Part shown: piece by piece, positions 33,742 through 39,935 of the stretch
How positions within the stretch are numbered: the first letter of the stretch is position 1
How the letters are laid out: each line of letters opens with the position of its first letter
Source of the DNA: Nannocystales bacterium
GTDB lineage: Bacteria; Myxococcota_A; Polyangia; Nannocystales; Nannocystaceae
NCBI GenBank assembly: GCA_050633305.1
Contig: JBOEGF010000039.1
Location: 1-39,935 of the forward strand
DNA: 39,935 nt
Direction of reading: 5' to 3'
Translations under genes and position numbers: made by a program
The notes under the pieces: model-generated
Told to the model about the DNA's origin: nothing
What the model saw: only the letters and a program-made list of their open reading frames with translations
Database searches by the model: none

Positions 33742-35424
33742 CTACTTCCCAACCCCGGGTGGTCTTCCTGGAGCCCCGGGGCGCGCCAAGCGGGCGACCA
33801 CGCCCCACTGCTTCGCTTGTTCGGCCAATTCCCGGGGGCTGAAGCCGTCGTCGTTCCGTGCTGAGCTGTCAAAGCCGGACTCGAGCAGGAGTCCGGCCAA
33901 TTCGGCGTTCCCGGCCTGAGCAGCTCGGTGCAAGACCGAGTTCCCGCCCACACAGGAGCCTCGCGCCCCCGCGTTCACGAGGATGCGCGCCGACGCGACG
34001 TGCCACGGGAACGCTTCGTCGCTCGCAATGAGGTCCAGCAGTGTCAGCCCGTCATCCGTCGCAGCATCGGGCGCGTAGCCAAGCTCGAGGGCCGCGCGGA
34101 CGACGTCCGAGTCGTCTCCGCGAGCCTTGTGCAGCGGCGTCCATCCGGAGTCGGCGGGACCGGGAGGCGTCAAGCCGCCGACCCCTCGATACCGCTCGAG
34201 CAGGATCCGCTCGTTGTGCTCGATGGCGTAGGCCAGCGTCGACTCGTCATTGTCACCGCCGTCGCCGGGCATGGTCTTCTCGTAGCCGCTGCGAGGCTCC
34301 GTGCTCTCAGCTTCCATTTTCTCGCACCACTTCGTCACGAGGGCTTCGAAATGTGCGGTCGCTTTCGCGGGGGTCTTGCAAACCTTGCAACGAAACCGGC
34401 CTGCCTTGCCGAGCTTCGCGTGCCAGCTGAATACGCAACGCCCCCATACGCGCGCGACACCCACCTCTGTGTCACTGAGAACCTCCCGCTCATCGTCCCA
34501 CGGCAGAAATCCGACCATCCACCAACGCTCGTAGACCTCGGAGCAATGAGGGCTATCGACAATCGGTCGAACGACATCACAGAACACCTCTGGGTCGACC
34601 CTGAAGGCCGACTCCAGCAGGGGCCGAAGCTCGTAGGCGTGAAGTTGCTTGTCCGTGGGCCATCGCGCCGTCCCGATTTCCACGGGCGATGTGCCGTGTT
34701 TCTTGGCGATGGCCCGGGCGCCGATGGAGATCAAACCCAACGCAGCTGGATACCTCGCGAGAACCTCGAATTGGGCTCTGCTCTCCCCTGCGAGTTCAGC
34801 AACGAGCTCCCAGATCCGCCCGCGGATTTCGGCGCTCGAACGGAACCCATGGCGAATGAACCGGGCGCTTGGGTCCAAGGCCGGGAGCACCCGGCGTTTT
34901 GCCTCCAGGTCGGCGAACTCGAGCCACTCGACCAGGTCTTCGAGGAGCGCAGGGGTCACGCGTGCGCCTTGAACCAAGGTGAGCAGGTCACGGTGGGCGA
35001 GCGTCAAGAGTGCGCGGCCGGACGGATGGGGGATGTGGTCGGAGATGAGCCAGAGCGTTCGCAGCGGCTTCTGTGGGTCTCGGTCGCCCAGACGTGACGT
35101 GTTCAACCCGCGCAGCACCATCTGGGTCACGGGTCTGACTCGTGCGGGGTCCTCGAGTTTGACCGCGCCACACAGCTCGTGCACCGGGATTACATCGCGG
35201 TACGTCGGGTCCTTTGGTTTCACAAACCTGCGCAGCCGCGCTTGCACCTGCTGCAAGTCATACCGGCTTGAGACCAAGGCGCTCGCAACCTCGTCGTGGT
35301 TCATTGGCTCGTACCTTACGACGCGAGCCGCGTCGAACCAAATCCGAGCGTCGCGAAGGCCGAAAGCTTCGAGACCCGCCTCGTCGGTGGCGAGCGCAGG
35401 ACGATTCGGGTGGAGTCGCTTCAC
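33742..35424 (-). CDS. Protein with C-terminal ankyrin repeats and a possible degenerate WGR domain
   Basis: SGWTPLH, DDGLTLLDL, GNSVLHRAAQAGNAELAGLLLESG, DDGFSPRELA. Confidence 0.75.
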   Translation of the reverse strand: MKRLHPNRPALATDEAGLEAFGLRDARIWFDAARVVRYEPMNHDEVASALVSSRYDLQQVQARLRRFVKPKDPTYRDVIPVHELCGAVKLEDPARVRPVTQMVLRGLNTSRLGDRDPQKPLRTLWLISDHIPHPSGRALLTLAHRDLLTLVQGARVTPALLEDLVEWLEFADLEAKRRVLPALDPSARFIRHGFRSSAEIRGRIWELVAELAGESRAQFEVLARYPAALGLISIGARAIAKKHGTSPVEIGTARWPTDKQLHAYELRPLLESAFRVDPEVFCDVVRPIVDSPHCSEVYERWWMVGFLPWDDEREVLSDTEVGVARVWGRCVFSWHAKLGKAGRFRCKVCKTPAKATAHFEALVTKWCEKMEAESTEPRSGYEKTMPGDGGDNDESTLAYAIEHNERILLERYRGVGGLTPPGPADSGWTPLHKARGDDSDVVRAALELGYAPDAATDDGLTLLDLIASDEAFPWHVASARILVNAGARGSCVGGNSVLHRAAQAGNAELAGLLLESGFDSSARNDDGFSPRELAEQAKQWGVVARLARPGAPGRPPGVGK

Positions 35425-36545
35425 GACCCCGGGAGGTCGTCTTCGATCTCCGAGGCGTCTTCAAACACGGCCCAGGATGCGCGCGGAAGACCCTCGAAGA
35501 CCGACTCCAGTCGGGTCTGCAATGCGGCCTTGCGCATCGATCCCGTGTCGCGCAGGTAGACCTTTGCAACCCGGTTCTTCGGACCGCGGAGCAACGCCGC
35601 GTAGATCTCCGGGTCTCGCTCCCCTGTGTCGCCGACCAGAATGAACCGACGATGCTCGAACCGTTCGATGAGGTCCGTGATGGCCTCCTGCTTATGGTTC
35701 TCGGGCGCGGCGAGCAGGTCGAGGAATGACCCGTCCCGCCAGCGAAATGGCTTGAGCTGGAGCGAGCCCGCGGGATAGTCCGCGTCCGCGATCAACGATT
35801 CGATCGCGCCGAGCAGGGGCAGGGGGGAGTTGGAGACGTAGTGAAACGCGGCCCCTTGGCTGGCCCAGCGTCGGTACAAGGCCGCGACCCCAGGGCAGGC
35901 TCGCGCCGGCTTCGCAAAGGTGTTTTCGACGAGGCGCTTCTTGTCGTGGACCTCGGTGATCTTGATGGTGTCGTCGATGTCCGAGAGCACCGAGACTCCC
36001 TCGTCGGGCAGTAGGAAGACGCGGCCGGAGAAACGGCGAGGGTCCCCGGGACGAAGCACGACGGACACCTCGAGGGAGGGTGGTGAGCCCGCGGGGAGCA
36101 CAAGCGTGCCGGAGCAGCGACCGTCCGAGCCCGAGGTGCAGACCGCTGCGGCGGTGGAGCCGGCCTGAATCGTCAGTCGCTTGCCTCTCTCGTTGTCGAC
36201 CATGAACGGTCGGAGGTTCTGGGCGATCCGCTTGGAGGTCGCCTCGTCGACCTGGGTCTCCATCGCCTCCTCGACCAGCTTGGCAGTTGCCGCGCGGACG
36301 GGTCCATCATCCTCCGGCTCGAACACCCAAGCCTCGATCGGCACGCTCCATCCCTCGGGGGTCTTGGTGCCGAACGTCGGGAGGAAGCGGACCACTTCGT
36401 CGGAAGCGAGCTTGCTGGGTCTCGGAGGCGTGCTCGACCTCGCTGGGGGCGTCTCGGACGCGGCCGCGTGGGTCGGGGTGGGGTCTTGCGGACATGCGCA
36501 CAGTCCCCACGTTGCGAGCACCAGTCCGGCCCGGTGTGGTCTCAT
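35421..36545 (-). CDS. App1-family (DUF2183) phosphatidate phosphatase-like lipoprotein
   Basis: VLSDIDDTIK (DxDxT), FHYVSNSP, FILVGDTGERDPEIY; N-terminal GLCAC. Confidence 0.88.
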   Translation of the reverse strand: MRPHRAGLVLATWGLCACPQDPTPTHAAASETPPARSSTPPRPSKLASDEVVRFLPTFGTKTPEGWSVPIEAWVFEPEDDGPVRAATAKLVEEAMETQVDEATSKRIAQNLRPFMVDNERGKRLTIQAGSTAAAVCTSGSDGRCSGTLVLPAGSPPSLEVSVVLRPGDPRRFSGRVFLLPDEGVSVLSDIDDTIKITEVHDKKRLVENTFAKPARACPGVAALYRRWASQGAAFHYVSNSPLPLLGAIESLIADADYPAGSLQLKPFRWRDGSFLDLLAAPENHKQEAITDLIERFEHRRFILVGDTGERDPEIYAALLRGPKNRVAKVYLRDTGSMRKAALQTRLESVFEGLPRASWAVFEDASEIEDDLPGS

Positions 36546-36991
36546 GGCGTCCGCGTTTCCAGACGGTACTCGGCTTCGCCCGACGGTTTCGTGCCGTGTC
36601 GAATCCAGCCTCGACGTTGGTACAACCGCTCCGCTTTGGTCTGGGGGGTCGTGGTGAGCCAGATCGACGAGAGTCCCTGGGCGAACATCCAGTCTTCGAC
36701 GAGCTTCATGAGCGCACCGCCGATGCCTTGGCGTTCGGCAGACTCCCGCACGAACAACGCCCAGATGTCGCCCGGGTCGGGCCGCCCGCACGAGAACCCG
36801 AGCACCTCGCCGTCGCGTTCGCACACCCACGCCTTGCCGTCTGTGGTCATGGCCTGGACGTAGTCCTCGCGCCCGATCACCGTGTTGACCAGGGCGTTCT
36901 CCCGGACGTTGTTTCGGATGTGCATCATCGCCTCGATGTCGGCGAGTTCAGCGTCTCGAAAGACAAGGGCAGTCGGGTGTGCGTCGCTCAT
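36542..36991 (-). CDS. GNAT family N-acetyltransferase
   Basis: IWALFVRESAERQGIGGALM, AERLYQRRGW. Confidence 0.9.
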   Translation of the reverse strand: MSDAHPTALVFRDAELADIEAMMHIRNNVRENALVNTVIGREDYVQAMTTDGKAWVCERDGEVLGFSCGRPDPGDIWALFVRESAERQGIGGALMKLVEDWMFAQGLSSIWLTTTPQTKAERLYQRRGWIRHGTKPSGEAEYRLETRTP

Positions 36992-37650
36992 AGTCGTGCG
37001 GTGAGAGCGGCGAGTCGCTCGGGGTTCGCGAACGTTCGCAGCAGCTGAAGCATGGCGGCCTTGGTCACCTCGGCGGGGCTCTGGTCCATGTCCCGATCGA
37101 TCCACAGCGAGAGCCTGACCTGGCTCATCGCGGTCGCGGTCCGTGCACACAACTCGGGGTCGTCGCGGACGAACCAGCCCTCATCCATGCCGGCTTCGAA
37201 CGCGGTCATCATCATCACGCGTCCGGCTTCCCAGGCCTGGGTTTGCTCGGGGGTGCGGAGCTGATCCGTGGTTCCCCACGGCACACCCTCGCGCAGCTGT
37301 CCACGAAGGTAGTCCGGGTGCCCCATGTGAAATCGTAGGTAGCCCTCGATCCCTCCTCGAAGACGCTCAAAAGGATCGCGAGCGGCGAGGACCTGGGTGC
37401 CGACCTCCTGCATCAGTCGCTCCAGGCGGTCTTTCTGGAGGGCCCGATAGACGTCGTGCTTCTTGGGGAAGGTCCCGTACAGCGTCGCGAGCGAGACGCC
37501 GGCACCCTTGGCGATGTCGGTGACCTTGGCCTGCTCGTAGCCGTGGGCCGCGAACTCCAGCTCGGCCGCGTCGAGAATGCTCTCGCGATACAGGGCCCGT
37601 TTGGCCTCCTGAAGGCGCTCTCGGGGGCTGTGATGTGGCTGCGTTGACAT
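36988..37650 (-). CDS. TetR/AcrR family transcriptional regulator
   Basis: ILDAAELEFAAHGYEQAKVTDIAKGAGVSLATLYGTFPKK helix-turn-helix. Confidence 0.95.
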   Translation of the reverse strand: MSTQPHHSPRERLQEAKRALYRESILDAAELEFAAHGYEQAKVTDIAKGAGVSLATLYGTFPKKHDVYRALQKDRLERLMQEVGTQVLAARDPFERLRGGIEGYLRFHMGHPDYLRGQLREGVPWGTTDQLRTPEQTQAWEAGRVMMMTAFEAGMDEGWFVRDDPELCARTATAMSQVRLSLWIDRDMDQSPAEVTKAAMLQLLRTFANPERLAALTARL

Positions 37651-37659
37651 CGGGGCCTA

Positions 37660-37675
37660 CACGGAATATTCCGTG
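37660..37675. promoter_or_regulatory. Perfect 16-bp palindrome, putative operator
   Basis: CACGGAATATTCCGTG in the divergent TetR/Rieske intergenic region. Confidence 0.6.
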
Positions 37676-37678
37676 CGA

Positions 37679-37702
37679 GAAACAGAATGGCAATTCTGTT
37701 TC
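37679..37702. promoter_or_regulatory. Inverted repeat, putative TetR operator
   Basis: GAAACAGAAT-ggca-ATTCTGTTTC, perfect 10-bp arms. Confidence 0.7.
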
Positions 37703-37742
37703 CGGTTCGCCACCCGTTTTTCTCGTTTTCGAAAGGCTCCCC

Positions 37743-38903
37743 ATGACCGACCTCAGTGGACACGCGTCCGGCCCCCCGCCGTCGTTCGACGACGCCAAGA
37801 CCCAGCGTCAAAAAGCCCGCTCCGCCGGGATGGACCCGGACTACTGGTACGCGGTCGGTCGCAGCGAAGACCTCAAAGCGGGGGACCACTTCGAGACCAA
37901 GTTCTGGGGCCGCGCGATCGCGGTCTTTCGCGGTGAGGATGGCCGCGTGCGGGCGGTGGAGAACCGCTGCGCGCATCGGCACCTCAAGCTGACCGAGGGC
38001 AAGGTCGTCGGCTGCGAGCTGGTGTGTCCGTATCACGGGTGGAGCTACGACGGGGAGGGCAAGGCCCGCATCCCGCACGACCTGTTCGGCAAGAAGCACC
38101 CCAAGCTGCGCATCGCGGCACTGCCGGTCCGCGAGCGCTACGGGATCATCTTCATGTTCCCCGGCGACCCCGAAGTCGCCAAGACCCGGGACATCCCCTC
38201 GATCCCCGAGCTCGAGGGCGCCAAGCCGTGGCCGCACGCGATCGTGCAATTCGACAGCCCTGGGCACCACTCGATGCTGCTCGACAACGTCAGCGACTTC
38301 ACGCATGGCTTCTTGCATCGCAAGTTCCAGCCGTTCGAAGGCACTGACCTGCTGCGTTGCGAGACCATCGGCGACCGGGTCGAGTTGGAGTACCGCTCCA
38401 AGATCGCCGCGGGTGCGATGCAGGACATGTTCATCGACCGCTCGGAGTCGGGCGCCGACCACATGCTGGCCTGCTACGACTACCCGTACCACTGGTCCAA
38501 CACCGAGAACCGGATCAAGCACTTCTTGTTCACCCTGCCCAAGGACGAGAAGACCAACCGGCACATCTTCGTGTTCTATCTGCACCCCAAGGCGATCAAG
38601 CTGCCCCTACTCGGGCCCCGGTTGCCGCACTGGGTGATGCAGAAGATGATGCGAATGACCCGAACAGTCACGCTCGAGCCGTTGCTCGGCCAAGATGTCT
38701 GGGTGCTCGGTCATGAGCAGGAAGGCTGGGAGAAGTTCTGGGACCGCCCCGCGCCCGAGCTCTCGCCCGTGGTGCGCGAGTTCCAAAGCCTGACCATTCG
38801 CAAGTGGGAAGCCTACCTCGAGCGCTCCCAACCCTCGTCCGACGCTCAGGCCGACGACGGCAACCTCCACCTCGACGTCGTTGCAGAAGGAGCCGCCCAA
38901 TGA
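37743..38903 (+). CDS. Rieske non-heme iron oxygenase alpha subunit
   Basis: CAH...CPYHGW Rieske motif; mononuclear Fe motif DNVSDFTHGFLH; ATG 37743. Confidence 0.93.
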   Translation: MTDLSGHASGPPPSFDDAKTQRQKARSAGMDPDYWYAVGRSEDLKAGDHFETKFWGRAIAVFRGEDGRVRAVENRCAHRHLKLTEGKVVGCELVCPYHGWSYDGEGKARIPHDLFGKKHPKLRIAALPVRERYGIIFMFPGDPEVAKTRDIPSIPELEGAKPWPHAIVQFDSPGHHSMLLDNVSDFTHGFLHRKFQPFEGTDLLRCETIGDRVELEYRSKIAAGAMQDMFIDRSESGADHMLACYDYPYHWSNTENRIKHFLFTLPKDEKTNRHIFVFYLHPKAIKLPLLGPRLPHWVMQKMMRMTRTVTLEPLLGQDVWVLGHEQEGWEKFWDRPAPELSPVVREFQSLTIRKWEAYLERSQPSSDAQADDGNLHLDVVAEGAAQ

Positions 38904-39935
38904 ACGCCCCCATCTCCACGCCCGCCCTGCGTATCGACGCGCAGCCGGGCATGATCCAGTGCTTCGATCCCGCTACGCGAGAGCCGATCGGGACGGTTCC
39001 CATCGACGACCCCGCCGCGGTTGCTGCCGCCATCGCCCGGGCTCGAGAGGCCCAGAAGGGCTGGGGCATGAGCACGTTCGCGCAGCGTCGACGCGTGCTG
39101 GGGCACATTCGCGATGCGGTCCTCGACCGGACCGAGGAAATCTGTGACCTCATCGTGCGTGACTCCGGGAAAACCCGCGAGAACGCGTTGATGGGCGAGA
39201 TCTGGACCGTCTGCGAGAAGCTGCGGTGGACGATCAGCCAGGGGGAAAAACACCTCAAGCCCGAGCGGGTCAGCCCTGGGTTGTTCCTTCACAAGAAGGC
39301 TCAGCTCGAGTTTCTTCCGCTCGGGGTGTTGGGCGCGATCATTCCGTGGAACTACCCGTTCCAGAACATCATGAACCCGGTCATCCCGGCGCTGATCACC
39401 GGGAACGCGATCGTCGTCAAGCCCAGTGAGTGGGTCGCGTGGTCGGCCGGGCCCATCGTCGAGATCATTCACGACGCGCTTCGGGCCGAGGGCTTCAGCC
39501 CCGATGTCGTGACGTTGGTCCAAGGCTTCGGGCAGACCGGTGCTGCGCTCATCGAGTCGGGCGTGGACGGCTTGGTGTTCATTGGTTCGGGTCGCAACGG
39601 ACAGAAGGTCCTCGAGGCCGCGGCAAAGACCGTAACTCCGGTCGTGCTGGAGCTGGGCGGCAAGGACCCGTTCATCGTCTGCGACGACGCAGACATCGAT
39701 CAGGCCGCCCACGCTGCGATGGCGGGCTGCTTCATCTCCGCGGGGCAGAACTGTGTCGCCTCGGAGCGTTTGCTGGTCTTTGACGCGGTCTACGACGAGT
39801 TCGAGGCCAAGGTTCGCGACCTGGTCCGCCAGATGAAGCAGGGCGCAGCCAGCCAGGGCGAGCTGGTCGACATCGGGGCGATGGTCACCCCCATGCAGCT
39901 GAGCATCGTCGAGGAGCTGGTCGACGATGCCAAGG
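38900..39935 (+). CDS. Aldehyde dehydrogenase family protein, 3'-truncated by window edge (absent from the ORF track)
   Basis: Read by hand from ATG 38900: MNAPIST...IIPWNYPF...VVKPSE...FIGSG...LELGGKDP...GQNCVA; ATGA overlap with the Rieske gene. Confidence 0.93.
   Translation, partial: MNAPISTPALRIDAQPGMIQCFDPATREPIGTVPIDDPAAVAAAIARAREAQKGWGMSTFAQRRRVLGHIRDAVLDRTEEICDLIVRDSGKTRENALMGEIWTVCEKLRWTISQGEKHLKPERVSPGLFLHKKAQLEFLPLGVLGAIIPWNYPFQNIMNPVIPALITGNAIVVKPSEWVAWSAGPIVEIIHDALRAEGFSPDVVTLVQGFGQTGAALIESGVDGLVFIGSGRNGQKVLEAAAKTVTPVVLELGGKDPFIVCDDADIDQAAHAAMAGCFISAGQNCVASERLLVFDAVYDEFEAKVRDLVRQMKQGAASQGELVDIGAMVTPMQLSIVEELVDDAK

Overview
High-GC window whose gene content (AgmX/PglI-type domain, ECF sigma paired with a Ser/Thr kinase, many lipoproteins, STAS/SEC14-like protein) points to a myxobacterium (Myxococcota); this is an inference. 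It begins inside a group-2 Mrp/Pha cation:H+ antiporter operon (1-4327) and ends in a TetR / Rieske oxygenase / aldehyde dehydrogenase unit (36988-39935). About 32 kb of accessory genes lie between them. The standout is a minus-strand cluster at 21970-30257 that looks like an undescribed RiPP (ribosomal peptide) system. It encodes a small 3-TM protein, a 2OG-Fe(II) oxygenase, a 72-aa double-glycine-leader precursor with a Cys-free core, a ~410-aa protein with an HDxxH...E zincin-like motif, a SelO/MchC-like pseudokinase (putative adenylating enzyme), HlyD, a C39-peptidase ABC exporter and a second adaptor. Three consecutive genes of the cluster carry the same identically spaced motif, CGTGATCCG-N15-ACTCT (likely an ECF promoter), and the precursor gene is bracketed by two stem-loops. 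Also present: a membrane-anchored ECF sigma fusion that shares a 29-bp upstream repeat with its downstream lipoprotein, a 14-G homopolymer, a multiply disrupted pseudogene and an M23 peptidase lipoprotein with a large insertion. No rRNA, tRNA, CRISPR array or IS element was recognised. All assignments are from motifs read by eye; no searches were run.
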